The position numbers were made by a program, and so were the translations under genes. DNA of 64,000 nt from contig CDRNVI010000009.1 of assembly GCA_977017575.1 (NCBI GenBank), forward strand, positions 1 through 64,000, written 5' to 3'. Shown piece by piece: positions 1 through 11,450 of this stretch. The stretch comes from Paramoeba atlantica (Eukaryota; Protista; Discosea). The notes under the pieces are model-generated. The model did not search any database. It had not been told where the DNA came from and worked only from the letters and a program-made list of their open reading frames with translations. Within the stretch, counting starts at the first letter, position 1; each line of letters begins with the position of its first letter.

Positions 1-2
1 CT

Positions 3-2156
3 GGGAGAAATGGAGGATGACGCAGAGGTTGTCGCTCTTGGGGTAAGACTCGCACGAAGGGACAGGCCTTCGATCTTTGCTTCGCCAGGTGTCTTCGTTT
101 CACCTTTTTCTTCTGTTTCTTCCGTCGAGGATGGTTTCAACGTACCAGGAGTTGCATCCGGCACGCGTTCTTGTGAAGATGTCTTCTCATCCGGTTTTTC
201 GTCCTTCACGAGCGGCTTTTCCAACGAGGTTTCCTGCATCGTCTCGGTTTTCTCCCCTTTTAGTTCCGTTTTTCCCCTTTCCTCGAGTTTTCCCGTTTTT
301 TCTCCCCAGCTCTCCCCTGGTCGCTGTCCCCCACTCCCCTTTTGTGGACTTAACGCCGCATTCAACGGGGTTTGCATCCGTGAGCCCGGACGGCTACTGG
401 CCCGGCTATTCACCCCTGAGGACGAATTCCGACGATTCGGTCCCATCCCACTTCCCCCATAATACCCCGAGGGCGGAGGACCATAGGAAAACCGATGTTG
501 AGGATTATTTTGAGGATTGTTGCTCATCCCATGATTCGACGGATGGTGACTCCCCAAAAAACCTTGATTCTGGTTTTGTGGGGGGAAATGCGGCGTGGGA
601 TGTTGCAACGGACCACCCCCTGGGGGTGGGTGATCCCTCCCCCCCACGCCCCCCATTCCCATAGGGTGAAACTCCAATCCGCCCATGACCCCGGGGATCG
701 GGGGGTTGAAGGGCGGGGGAGAGGCCATGCCTGGCCCATTCCCGTTGACCATTCCCCCGTAGTGGGGGAACGAGGGTCGTAGGGGGTGGACCCCGGGGAG
801 CGGGGTTGCTCGGTGACCCACCCCGCCGTGGTGCGGGGGTGGGACCCCGGAGTGCACGGAGGGGTAGGCGGTAGGGGAGGGGGAGAGCGCGAGATCGGCA
901 AAGTTCTGCGTCGGGGGAAGGCTACCCCCTGTGGTGGGGGGTAGGCGCGTCGAGGGGGAGGGGTTTACGCCACTCGGGGCTACGGCTACCCCTCCATGGG
1001 GAGTGGGGGGGAGCGTGCTGTGTGGGGGGGCGACACCCGAAGATAAATGTGGGGTCGGATAAATGAGGGGGTCGGATAGCCCCAGAGGGGGTAGCGGCGG
1101 GGCTTGATTTTGGGGTTGCCCCTGCGTTTGTGGGGGTTGTTGCTGCGTTTGTTGCTGTTGTTGTTGCGCAACAAACTCCTGAGAGGGGTATCCCGGACCT
1201 CCTCCTGAGGAGACGGGGACAGTATACCCTATGGCTTGTGCTGCAGCCATTTTACCTCCATAGCCCCCCGGGAAGGGAGGAGGGACATGGATTCGGGAAG
1301 GAGATGCAGCTCCCGAGGCGGGGTAGTGTCCCCCCTGGGGGGTCACATAGCCCGGGTTCATTGTGGGGTCATAGCGACTGTGTGAGGACCCGTACGGGGG
1401 TGGGTAGTTCGAGGAGGACATCGGGTTGGGGTAGGTATAGGGGTTGGTGTAGGAAACGTTGTGCGTGCCGTGGTACTCGGGAAATGTGGAGAGTGGAGGG
1501 GTGAGGTCGTCGAAACGGAGGAGCGGAGGGGTAGGACCCGCGAGTTTGGGGTTGTGGTTGGCCGTCGTCGTCGTGTTCGTCAGGGTTGTTTGATGGGGCG
1601 TGGCGGGGTGACTACGAACAGGGGCAGCAGGGAGGACGGGAGCGATGTTGTTCCCTTTTTCATGGTGGTTTCCGGAGTTAGAGACAGGAGGATTCTTGGG
1701 TGCAGTTGGGTTAAGAGAGGAGGAGGAGGGGGAAGCCGCAGCGGGAGGCGTTCCACGGGGGTTTGGGCTCGCAAGGGAGTCCTTGGAGGGGTTGGAGGGT
1801 TGCGCCGGGAGAGTGGACTGGGGGGAGGGGGAGAATGCCTGTGGGGGGTTACCTGGGGGAAAGGCTGCGGGGGTGGATGATTCGGAGGAAGTGCCGCTGC
1901 GGATCGGTGCGATAGCGGTCTGGACACTTTCCGTAGGTGTCGTTTGTGACGAGACATTGGGTAGGTGCTCACTTTTAGCGGTTGATAACTGCGTAGTGTT
2001 GCATTGTGCGCTGACGATTTCCTCGGTGGCATTCGACTTTTTTATGCATTCTGTAGGCACACTTTGAGCACTCGAACTTTTTTCCTTCCCAGTTGGAGGG
2101 GCTGTAAAACTTGCTGGGTTGAAGGGTTTTGCTTTAGCACTTAAACCGGAGCTCAT
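3..2156 (-). CDS. Low-complexity Pro/Ser/Gly/Gln-rich protein with N-terminal PAM2 motif; 3' end runs off the window
   Basis: Manual translation from ATG at 2156: MSSGLSAKAKPFNPASF... fits PAM2 LxxxAxxFxP. The frame stayed open in all segments I read, down to position 3 (...RATTSASSSISP). Absent from the ORF track because no stop lies in the window. Confidence 0.8.
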   Translation of the reverse strand, partial: MSSGLSAKAKPFNPASFTAPPTGKEKSSSAQSVPTECIKKSNATEEIVSAQCNTTQLSTAKSEHLPNVSSQTTPTESVQTAIAPIRSGTSSESSTPAAFPPGNPPQAFSPSPQSTLPAQPSNPSKDSLASPNPRGTPPAAASPSSSSLNPTAPKNPPVSNSGNHHEKGNNIAPVLPAAPVRSHPATPHQTTLTNTTTTANHNPKLAGPTPPLLRFDDLTPPLSTFPEYHGTHNVSYTNPYTYPNPMSSSNYPPPYGSSHSRYDPTMNPGYVTPQGGHYPASGAASPSRIHVPPPFPGGYGGKMAAAQAIGYTVPVSSGGGPGYPSQEFVAQQQQQQTQQQPPQTQGQPQNQAPPLPPLGLSDPLIYPTPHLSSGVAPPHSTLPPTPHGGVAVAPSGVNPSPSTRLPPTTGGSLPPTQNFADLALSPSPTAYPSVHSGVPPPHHGGVGHRATPLPGVHPLRPSFPHYGGMVNGNGPGMASPPPFNPPIPGVMGGLEFHPMGMGGVGGRDHPPPGGGPLQHPTPHFPPQNQNQGFLGSHHPSNHGMSNNPQNNPQHRFSYGPPPSGYYGGSGMGPNRRNSSSGVNSRASSRPGSRMQTPLNAALSPQKGSGGQRPGESWGEKTGKLEERGKTELKGEKTETMQETSLEKPLVKDEKPDEKTSSQERVPDATPGTLKPSSTEETEEKGETKTPGEAKIEGLSLRASLTPRATTSASSSISP

Positions 2157-2766
2157 TGATTTATAGGACAGGTGCTTTTTTTGTGAGTATGACGCAGGCT
2201 TAAATGTTTACACGAAACAAGTTCAAGTCAGCAAAATGGTATACTCACGAGTTGATAATATTTCTCCGACGCGGTAGGGCACGTTTTTGTGCGTAACCTA
2301 TTCTTAAGAACTGATGGAGAGAAAAGTAGAAAAAACAACCTACAAACAATACTTCGCAATTACCAAAGATGTGCGCACTACATTTTCTTATTTCTGGACA
2401 AGTGCTGGTAAAAAAGTACAAACACTTCGTACACAATGTTATGTTCTAACGGGAGGCATAAAATCAATTATACGTGTCCTATTGATCCTTGTTCATCATA
2501 GTGACCGCAATATTAAAAAGCAAGTGTGCCTCAATTCCTCTGCACAGTTTCAGGATGTCCGAATAAAGCACGTAATCACTTTTCTGTGTGTGCAATTTTG
2601 GAACAAAAACGGTTTCACTACTCGTACCAAAGCTGAATGCAATCTACGAATGGTGACATTGTATATCGTTCATCATGGCTTACAAAAACAATTTCAAGTT
2701 CGAAAAAAATCAGATAGATTCAACCTAGTTTCATTCTTTATTCACCGCCATAATTGTGCGTGCTGC

Positions 2767-3462
2767 TTACTTTGCCAACTCGCTTAACCATGGATACGTC
2801 ACGCGAACATGCTCCACGGTATCCGGCTGCACATCAGCCTCCTGAAGCCGCAGCAACTGACACAAATCCTTATCTGACTTCTGCCGCAGAGCTAACACCG
2901 CCACCACGCATCCATAATCCACGCATCGCGCCATGCCGAGGTACGAACCCGCACGGAGAAAACCCCAAAGCGGGGCGATCTCCGCCCGATTCTTTTCCGG
3001 CAGCAAGCTCTCAAACAGAAACGCTCGCTCCGAAGGCGAAGGAAAGATCTGGTGCAAATCCGAAACCACCGGACACTCCATCGCCGGCACCTTGTCCGGT
3101 GAGGGGTACAGGGTCAACCAATGCGCAAGGGTTTCTGCCACCGCAGAAACAAAAGGAAAGGAGAGGGTATTTTTTATCTTCTCCTTGTCTTCCTCCTCCT
3201 CCTCCTTCCCCCGTTCTTCCCCCTTCCCCTCCCCCTGCTGCTCCCGTCCCGTGTACCACGCGCTGTGATCCGCGACCCAGTGCTTGGGGAGGATCACCGC
3301 ACGCTCATCGGTACACAGCAGCGCGAGCTCGTGCGGGTGAGACTCCAGCAGGAGAGAAGGAGAAGAGGTCGAGTCCGCCGGGGTTGTGGGGAAGGGGAGA
3401 GTGCGGTAGGGGAGGGGGGAGGGGGAGAGGGTAGGGTCGGGGGTGGGGAGAGGGGCAGACAT
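2767..3462 (-). CDS. Divergent SKP1-family protein
   Basis: POZ-like N-terminus (LALLCTD...; LSFPFVS...LAHWL). C-terminus FLRAGSYLGMARCVDYGCVVAVLALRQKSDKDLCQLLRL...VRVTYPW aligns by eye with the SKP1 pattern LILAANYLDI..LLD..C..VA..IKGKT.EEIR..F.I...W. Confidence 0.75.
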   Translation of the reverse strand: MSAPLPTPDPTLSPSPLPYRTLPFPTTPADSTSSPSLLLESHPHELALLCTDERAVILPKHWVADHSAWYTGREQQGEGKGEERGKEEEEEDKEKIKNTLSFPFVSAVAETLAHWLTLYPSPDKVPAMECPVVSDLHQIFPSPSERAFLFESLLPEKNRAEIAPLWGFLRAGSYLGMARCVDYGCVVAVLALRQKSDKDLCQLLRLQEADVQPDTVEHVRVTYPWLSELAK

Positions 3463-4440
3463 GGTGGGGAGGGGGGTGTGGGACGTAGGTAGAGGCTATT
3501 TAGAAGATATTGGAGGAGAAATAGAAAGAAAAAATAATGGAATGAAGAAAAAATTGTAAAATTGTAAAATCAGCGTAAAAAGATGAGAAAAAAGGTAAGG
3601 AAATGTGATAAGGAAAAAAGGTAAGGAAAAGGTGTGGAGAGGGGTAGACATGGTGGGGAGGGGAGTGTGAGGTAGAGGATATTTAGAGGATATTTAAAAG
3701 ATATTGGAAGATAAAAAGAAAGAAAAAATAATGGAATGAAGAAGAAAAATGTAAAATTGTAAAATCAGCGTAAAATGATGAGAAAAAAAGGTAAGGAAAT
3801 GTTATAAAGAAAAAAGGTAAGGAAAAGGTGTGGAGAGGGGTAGACATGGTGGGGAGGGGGGGTGTGGGGCGTAGGTAGAGGATATTGCGGTGGCTGTATA
3901 ACTACCGCTCTACCCTCGATTATTGAAAAAAAAGTGAAAAAAACAGTGAAAATATAAGAGAAACACAGCAATATAATAGAAGAAAAAAATATAAAAGGAG
4001 GCTCCGGTGGTCCAAAATTAAAAAAAAAATTGAAAAAAATGGGGGGTCCATGGGGGGGGTCCAGGGGGGGGCATACGTCGTTTTTTGAAAATTTCAAAAT
4101 CTTGATTTTCGAAATCGAGCGCAGGGAAGTGGTAGAGTAGGCCGCGGCGATGACTTTCCACCCCACCACCTGGGGGAGGCGATTTTTCTGGCGATTTTTC
4201 CTTTTTAGGCTCTTCGTTAAACGCTGAGGTAGTTTTCAACGCGCAGCGCGCAGCATGAGTGACTTCTGAGTTGAAAGCAACCACCGCGTTTAACGAAGAG
4301 CCTAAAATAGTCGTAATTTTAGAGGCTATTTAGAAGATATTGGAAGAGAAATAGAAAGAAAAAATAGTGGAATGAAGAAGAAAAATGTAAAATTGCAAAA
4401 TCAACGTAAAATGATGAGAAAAAAGGTAAGGAAATGTGTG
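3454..4440 (-). repeat. Three tandem ~190-bp copies of the SKP1-like gene 5' region (pyrimidine tract, AG, ATG); third copy interrupted by an insertion
   Basis: Units begin ggggcagacat/ggggtagacat near 3454, 3641 and 3837; the third unit resumes at 4320. Confidence 0.85.
3887..4319 (+). mobile_element. Dispersed composite repeat A (GGGGGGTCCA-tract body plus ~105-bp terminal hairpin)
   Basis: Homologous to 19533-20435 and others. Hairpin ttttaggctcttcgttaaacgc...gcgtttaacgaagagcctaaaa at 4203-4307. Flanked by tagaggatatt/tagaggctatt, a candidate 11-bp TSD with 1 mismatch. Confidence 0.7.
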
Positions 4441-4645
4441 GTGTGTAAGGAGATAGGATTACTTTTTTGAGAACCAGTGGAATACGGTGGAGGAGCAATT
4501 AATCGGGGGTGGGAGTGGGTCGATTCTATTACTGGGGGTTTACGGTAGTTGCTTAAAAACAACTACCGTGGGATTTGGGACTCTCCTCTGAGTGCATCTA
4601 CGAAGTTACGTTTGTTTGACTGTCTTGTATGCCCAATCTTGACGT

Positions 4646-5710
4646 TTGGGGCAGATTCCCTCTCAATCTCCAGTAAATCCCTTCGTAAAACAGAAAATTG
4701 ATAAACAGAAAAATGAAGGGGCTCACGAGGGGGAGGAAATTCACCGCAGTCCATGGAATCCTTGCTGGATGTGTGGGGGGTGTGATGGGTTCGCGTGCGT
4801 CCGTACCTGGAGAAACCTTAACTTTGTGCCGCAAGGCGAAAAAGCCTACGACTGGATGCTAACGCACCAATTTACTCAATCCTCCGGAGTGCCAAAGGCA
4901 CGGCACGGAATTTATGCAACCGTATAAGAATAAACCAAATATGAGTGAATACCGACATTACGACGAAGGTTCAGGTAGTTTTTCTTTCTGCGCCTTACCT
5001 GGACAGCCATTCATCATTGACCCTTGCGAAGCTGTTATTAATATGGGCCGATATAGCCAATAATTTAACTACGGGTCAAATTTACCGGAATTGTGGAGTT
5101 CGCCAGAGAACTGTGACCAAAATTCTCCACATGGTCGCCAACGCAGCTTTGCACGAGCAAGACACTACAGAATTCAATTTTTCGAAACTGCAAGTAAACG
5201 AACTTTTATCGGCAAGCGTATGTATCATCGGGGCAAACGCATTCGCAAGATTGGGTGGTGGTTTGTAACTGCCACCGAAATCGGTTATCGACAAATAGTA
5301 GGTCGCGCCCACTGGCGCCTCGTAAAACGACGGGATCAGGGAACTCTTGCCTCATTTGTCATGCCTCACCTTGTCAGCGTGCGATCTGTTGTGATCACTG
5401 ATGAAAGGCGGGGGTACATCCATTTCGGTGAGTACTGTCGCCATTTCACGGTGAACTTAAAGGATACCATACGAATCATGCAGAAGCTGCCCACAAGACT
5501 ATTAAGCAATGGATCAAACAGCAGCACTACAATTATGTATAATTATGGCGCACCCTCCATGGACCTACGCCGTAATGTCGCTCTTCAATGCGTAAAATTT
5601 GGGTACGGCAAGACAGACAGAAAGTGAGCCTGGCAAATTCGTTTTATGAACATCTTGCAGTGCATCCAAAAGCATTACAGCTACATGTCTGCTGATATAC
5701 TCGATGATGT
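4646..5710 (+). pseudogene. Merlin (IS1595-like) DDE transposase, frameshifted
   Basis: Across frames: LQVNE/TFIGKRMYHRGKRIR, VKRRDQGTL..FV, VITDERRGY..F...CRHFTVN, HTNHAEAAHKTIKQW, matching the ISXO2/Merlin motif order. First catalytic D reads as N next to a 1-nt frameshift. Confidence 0.8.
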
Positions 5711-6039
5711 ATCCGAGAGCCATCGTAGTTGTTCAGAGGACGACATCGAGCTTTCTTCATGTGAATCATTTTCCTTGTAAGTCAGCGATTTGTCCTGACC
5801 ATGGGTCGCATTTTATCGAGCAATCCGAAGAGCTGGGAATTATGAATTGTGTGCACCGCGGCCATGGGCAACATGAACGGTGCCACAGAAAGATCAGTTT
5901 CCTTTCCTTCGTCATTCCTCACCATGCTCGCTACGCGGCGGGGGCTATCTTCTGCAATTCTAGGCCGCGGATCATTTTTCAACCGGTTTTCTAGGTCGCG
6001 GATCATTTTTCAACCGGGAAAACATACAGTATGTATGTT

Positions 6040-6380
6040 TGTACTGTATGTTGGGGGAATAAAGACCATCCCCCATATTTTCAAGGATCTATGCGACACG
6101 GCTCTACAGCACGAAGAGAGCCAAGTATCGCGATTCGATGGTATGGCTGTTGATGAAAACTTACCTTGGAAAACGTAAATCTGAGCGTGTTTGCAAGGAA
6201 GCGTGATGGTTCGTTACAGAAATCCTACGTGACGGTACATCCGGGAGGACTGTTTCGACGCTCGTCCAGAAGCGTGACCGACCTACCTTAACGACATTCG
6301 TCGAGAAACACACACAGGAAGTAGGCACTGTGGTGGTCACCTACTGTTGGAAGGGTTATGCCGGTCTCTCGGAAATGTGA
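6040..6380 (+). pseudogene. Second Merlin-like transposase fragment
   Basis: AVDE/TYLGKRK...WFVT...VQKRDRPTLTTFVEKH...VVTYCWKGYAGL across a frameshift and a stop. Confidence 0.7.
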
Positions 6381-7016
6381 GAGCCGAAATCTGTCAGAAG
6401 CGCGTGGCTCTGCAATGTATGAAACTCGGCCGAACTCAAATTCGGCCGAATTCTCTTAAAGAGAATTCGTTTAGCTAACTTTGTCTCATGTGTCGCACAG
6501 TAAAGTAGAGTAACTTTTGGATATTTCCCGTGAGACGATCCCCTCCGGCTCTTTAGCAGAAGTGTTCCGCGAGTTACAGTGGTTTCTATTGCCCCCCCCC
6601 CCCCCCCCCCCGAGGAAATTTGATTTGATTTACCCGTTTTTGTTATTTTTGTTGCATACGAGAAATCTCGTTCCCCTAGCGAAGCGCTTCGCCACCTTTT
6701 ATGGTAGGGATCCTCTGGTGTTCATATGATTACCCGAAAGAGAGCTAAAACAAGCTTTTTGGAAAATATGAACCTTGGAAAAAAGCAGTAAAATGGAGGA
6801 AAAAAGCGAATTTAAACGTTGTTGAGAACTAGACTAAACGTTGTATCCTGCTCGCTTGAATTCTGAAACGAAAAGAGAAGCCTTTCAACTTTAAAAAAAG
6901 TTTGAAAGCAGGTAAATAAATAAATCCTAATTGAAAAGATATAAATTCACTAATGCTTGTCGTCACATTCAAATAATTCAATTGATGAATTACTATCACA
7001 AGTTTACAATATGATG

Positions 7017-7634
7017 TTATGATCTGAAATGCACACAAGAAGGAAGTTTTCCTGAAGGAAATGTTAGTTGCGTTTTGTAGACTGAAAGCGTTTGTAGACC
7101 ATGAGGAAGCTTCGAAAAGTCTGGAACTCCATAAATCGAATTACAGTGGAGAAATATCTTAATCATGGTTTCTGGAAAAGCAGTAAAATCCAGACTACCC
7201 TGTATGTTGTTTCCATAGAGATCCAGTATGCGAAGCGAAGGGGGAAGATCGCTTACTTCAAGGGACCCGCTGATACCCAATTCCTTAAGAATTAGCTCTA
7301 AGAGACCTCGGGGTAATGATGCAAAGTCAACGTGCGGAATCTCGCCCTTTAAGTACACACAAGTGCTGTTATAGTTGAATCCTGAACTTAAATTCAAATG
7401 CAACAAAGAGCTCGGTAGAGAAGACCATTGGAACTCACCAGAAAGACCAAGGCCACTCCATTCCAACCTTTCAACACTATTTTTCTCATTACATTTCACA
7501 CCTTCCCACTCACATGCGGGGGTGTGCGTACTCCATGATTTTCGAGGATTGGGAAGACTTTTAATGAAGAGAGCGAGAGTGTACTCTTGCGGTAAATCTG
7601 CACGACGAACTCGATGTGCCACGCTGTCCGACAT
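7017..7634 (-). CDS. LRR-only family protein, copy 1
   Basis: MSDSVAHRVRRADLPQEY...SW...PACEWEGVKC N-cap followed by LPxxLxxLxL repeats; first ATG at 7634. Confidence 0.85.
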   Translation of the reverse strand: MSDSVAHRVRRADLPQEYTLALFIKSLPNPRKSWSTHTPACEWEGVKCNEKNSVERLEWSGLGLSGEFQWSSLPSSLLHLNLSSGFNYNSTCVYLKGEIPHVDFASLPRGLLELILKELGISGSLEVSDLPPSLRILDLYGNNIQGSLDFTAFPETMIKIFLHCNSIYGVPDFSKLPHGLQTLSVYKTQLTFPSGKLPSCVHFRS

Positions 7635-8559
7635 ATTTGTGAACACTAGTCTAGGGATAAATTGCAAAAAAGATAGATAAAAGACTTTTTCTTTTCAAAT
7701 ACTTTTACACTTTTTTGCCTCCACACCACCAAGTCTAACCATTGTACATGAGAAAGTTCGCTTTTGCATAGCGAAGACTTGGAATGCGACTGGACACTAA
7801 TTTTTCGAGCAAAGAAAATGACCTCTTTCGGATTAATTTTTTTGTATAAAAAGTTAGCAATTTTGAGAACCTTTCCACGGCTAAAAGGGTCCCAAAGAGA
7901 GCGGAAGGGCAATAAATTATGCTATTTTTTTTGTGTTTTTTATAAATATTTTGGACCCCCCGAGTGGGGGGTGGGGTGGGGTGATAGCTAAACAAACGGC
8001 GAGAAACGATCTAGTTTTTCGAGATTTGTTGAATGATGCAGGAATTAGGTCAACAGCTCTTACGGTCTGCTCTGGAGCCTGGAGGAACGAGTACTTCGAC
8101 TGTATTTCGAAAAGTCACCCTTTTAAAAAACATTCGTAGTGTATGCACCCTCGCTAGTCCACCTAAATTTTTTATTTGGAGAAAGTACGCCTAAATTGCA
8201 CAAAAAAGATTTTGTTTTTGAATTTGCAGTGCAAAAATAATTTTTTTCTTTCGTGAAATTGAGTGGGTCCAACTGCGCCAGATAACTCCACTCCGCCAGA
8301 CATGTTTTTTATAAAAAAAATTATTGATTTAAAAAAAGAAAAACTTGAGAAGAGGTGCTGCGTTCGTTGAAGGAGGAACTATAAAAGGCGTCTTTTCCGT
8401 GGTCTGGAAATGTAAATAAATTTCCGTGGTCTGGAAATATTGGTTAACCATACACGTACTCCCGCCGGGTAAATAGATATGTAATTGCCCGCTTTACTCC
8501 GCATTTGCACCCCTCTCCAGAAATAATTTCTGGAGAGGTCTTTTGGACAGTCTCATAAT

Positions 8560-9000
8560 TTTAAAAAACAGTTATTCCAAGTGAATCTGAGAATCTTCTA
8601 GAAAAACTAAGCGTTTTAGATTTACCTTGGGATGACGAATGTCGCATTTTGCAGGAGCATGGAGGGGCTGTTCTATCTGCGTTAGATAGAGCTTCGAAAT
8701 CGCAGGACATCGAAACTCCCAAGTTAGGTGGTGTCACGCGTTGGTGCCAGGATAAGTTTGTAACAATGGAGTTCATAGCCAATAATATTAATACCATTAA
8801 TGCGTTTGTAGAAGCCAAACAGAACAAAAAAAAATCGACCTCTCAGTCTATCGTAAAATGCTCAAAACTAATTGCTCGTTACGGGGTCGATGGTATCCGT
8901 GATTCCTGCTCATCATTCCTTAAAGATCGTAAGATTTTGTATGTCGCACTAAACAAATTTTCTGACTTAAATGGGAAACCGACGCCTTCGCGGAGCCATA
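8560..9000 (+). pseudogene. hAT-like transposase fragment, homologue of 57618-59250
   Basis: TPKLGGVTRWCQDKFVTMEFIAN here versus TPKLGGVTRWCSDKFTSMEFLAN near 58760-58830. Confidence 0.65.
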
Positions 9001-9416
9001 TTCTGGAGGGGGGCACAATAATAGAGGTCGGTTCCACTTATTGTGCCCCCCCGGCACAATAAATAGCTATAGGCCCATTAACCCGGAACAGGGTTCAATT
9101 GCCGCGCTCTCGGACACGTACATCCCCAGCTGCGCCAACCGGTTTTCTCCCGGGGGTGGCGAGATGAACCGCCGCGGCGAAAGACGAGCGGCCTTCTAGA
9201 GGGCCCCAAAACCTACTCCCCACCCCAAAAATCTACTCGTGCTTGCTTGTAGAAGAGACGGCGAACAAACCTACCAGACTCTTTAAAAATTTCTTGGAAA
9301 TATGTATGGAATGGGGTTCAGTATGTGAGCACGGAAAAACATCGAAAAATGCTAATTTCAATCGGTGACTAATCAATGCCGAAAAATGGGAAAAAGTGTT
9401 TTTCCTCTCTTCCTGA

Positions 9417-9599
9417 AACCCAGGCTAAAGTGGACGAGGGAGATACCAATAGTGTAGGTGCGACAGTTTCCCGCAGGAAAAACGGCATCTCCACCTTTTT
9501 AGGCACCTGTCTTTATGCCATAAGGGAGATACCGTTTTTCCTTGGGAAACTGTCGCACCTACACTATTGCTATCTCTCTCGTCCACTTTATCCTGGGTT
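9417..9599. mobile_element. Foldback MITE with long inverted arms
   Basis: aacccaggctaaagtggacgagggagata...cgacagtttccc is inverted at the other end; same termini as 22334-22531. Confidence 0.75.
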
Positions 9600-9635
9600 G
9601 CATAGTAAAAATATGTGCCCTAGGACTTCTTACAG

Positions 9636-9833
9636 CTTCCTTTCGGTGCCGTCGGTCGTGTTTAACCCTGCAATTCCGGTCCAAAGCCCGGAGCCACATG
9701 CCTCCTTGGTAACGTGGAAAGGGGATGGAAGACGCACTTCAGCGGACAGAAGTAAAAAAAATGGGGGGGGGTATGCTTCCGACCGGCCTTTGTACCTGCA
9801 GGGTTTAAGACGACCGACGGCACCGAAAGGAAG
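9636..9833. mobile_element. MITE with ~37-bp TIRs
   Basis: cttcctttcggtgccgtcggtcgtgtttaaccctgca (9636-9672) and its near-perfect reverse complement (9797-9833). Confidence 0.7.
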
Positions 9834-10386
9834 TAATGCATGACTACCCCGCTGGGCACGTTATGCGCACTTCCTGTCCGGAGTCCCAGGTCGGATGCAT
9901 CCAGGTTGTGGCCAACCCTCGCGGCATCTGATTTTTGAACTTCAGAAGCCTTTTGGACTCACAGTAGCGGGCCAACCCTCCTGGTATTCTGATTGGGAAA
10001 ACGCATCCAAAAATGGGTAGATTGCACGGTCCTCCTTCGGGAGGCGTGTACGGCGCGGTTCCCGCTTGGGGATACGCGGATTGCACATCCTTCTTCGGGA
10101 GGCGCGTGCGGCGACGCCTTTTATGGGAAGTTGTCTAAGTTGGTGCAACTTCTTAAAGAGCGAGCGGCGAACCGGGACAACTCAGTATCCTGGCCAAATA
10201 GGAATGGATTAAATTCCCACTTGCAATTTGATAGCTCGCACAAAAATTTAATGAGCTAAAAAATAATAGTCCAACGATGCGCGTGAATTACACGCAGTGT
10301 TGGTGTATCGGATAAAACTTGTGTCGGCATTGCGTCTTATAATACGCATGGTTACGATATTATAATACGCCTCTGCGATAGGTTTT

Positions 10387-10851
10387 GTGATTAGTTACCC
10401 TCATACTTTACTCATGGTTGACGTTGTTGCTGAGCTTATGCCCGAAACACCACCCGTCATATCGTCCCAGGATGCCTTTAAGGAGATCTGCTCCGTGAAA
10501 CGACTTGGCATCACTGCTCCGGAAGAACTACGTCGGGTCCTCCCCGGGGCGATAGTTTTTCTAAGCTCCGATCTTGCGTATTACGCGGAAGTTCTATCGA
10601 AAATGCCCCCAGGAACAACTGCACCAAGCATCGAATCAGAAAGTGTTCGATTAAACAAGTGGTCGGTATTATGTAAAATCGGAGCAGTCGAATTGAGTTT
10701 CCAGCTTGGGCACGAGGGAGTTGCCCTATCCCCGGAGTTTCTCGAAACAGTCATGCTAGACAATGTGGTGGAGAATAGCAACAAACTGATTATTGCACAC
10801 CTAGCGGCTCATTCTCGCGCGATTAACCAAGTCCGTAGTGCACAACACTGA
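10387..10851 (+). pseudogene. ORF upstream of a tyrosine recombinase; putative gag-like ORF of a YR retroelement
   Basis: VRLNKWSVLCKIGA...NSNKLIIAHLAAHSRAINQV is homologous to VRLSYWALLCKLGA...TDKCIISVLASHQATNQL at 44147-44365; lies directly before the YR ORF. Confidence 0.45.
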
Positions 10852-10869
10852 CACATAACACTGCACAGA

Positions 10870-11450
10870 AACGAGCATATTATTTTGAACGTATGAAACA
10901 GTTTATGGGCATACATGGAGTTACGAACATTACTGAAGAAGACTTTTGCTCTTTGCGTAAGTCTCACACGCTTCTACCGTCCTTCAACTTTGGAAGCGTA
11001 TCGCGCCGCACTCAAATTGAGAATCTCGGGGGCGAATGAGTGTTGGACGCAGACGGTAAGACTCCGTCGGCGCTTTAAAGGAGTGTTGAAGCTGTTCTTA
11101 GACCCCAAGCCTCGAGGGTCAGTGACACTTGAGCAACTTCGCATGCTCAGTCAAGAGTGCACAAATGAAGGCAATATAACCTTTGGACAAGGTTTCACAG
11201 TAGCCTACTTTGGGCTACTCCGTCATAGTGAGCTAACTTGAGCAACTTCGCATGCTCAATCAAGAGTGCACAAAGGAAGGCAATATAACCTTTGGACAAG
11301 GTTTCACAGTAGCCTACTTTGGGCTACTCCGTCATAGTGAGCTAGTCTCACTGCAAAAAGACGACATTGAAATCAGCACTTCGAGTGCACTGAAAAAAAA
11401 TCGGGGAGGGAAAGGTCGCCAACATTATGTTGTGGATACGGTAGAGGCTC
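10870..11450 (+). pseudogene. Tyrosine recombinase, N-terminal half, truncated, with an internal ~107-bp tandem duplication
   Basis: RFYRPSTLEAYRAAL...RRRFKG...PRGSVTLEQL...FTVAYFGLLRHSELVSLQKDD...GGKGR; LR.SEL..L is the first catalytic Arg box of YRs. Confidence 0.75.

Noticed and set aside
10-2067. Plus-strand ORFs at 10-462, 77-664, 1130-1504, 1461-1880, 1645-2067
   Set aside because: Antisense shadows of the GC-rich minus-strand PAM2 gene.
2314-2787. 157-aa plus-strand ORF
   Set aside because: Opposite to the cluster strand, overlaps the SKP1-like stop, no recognisable motif.
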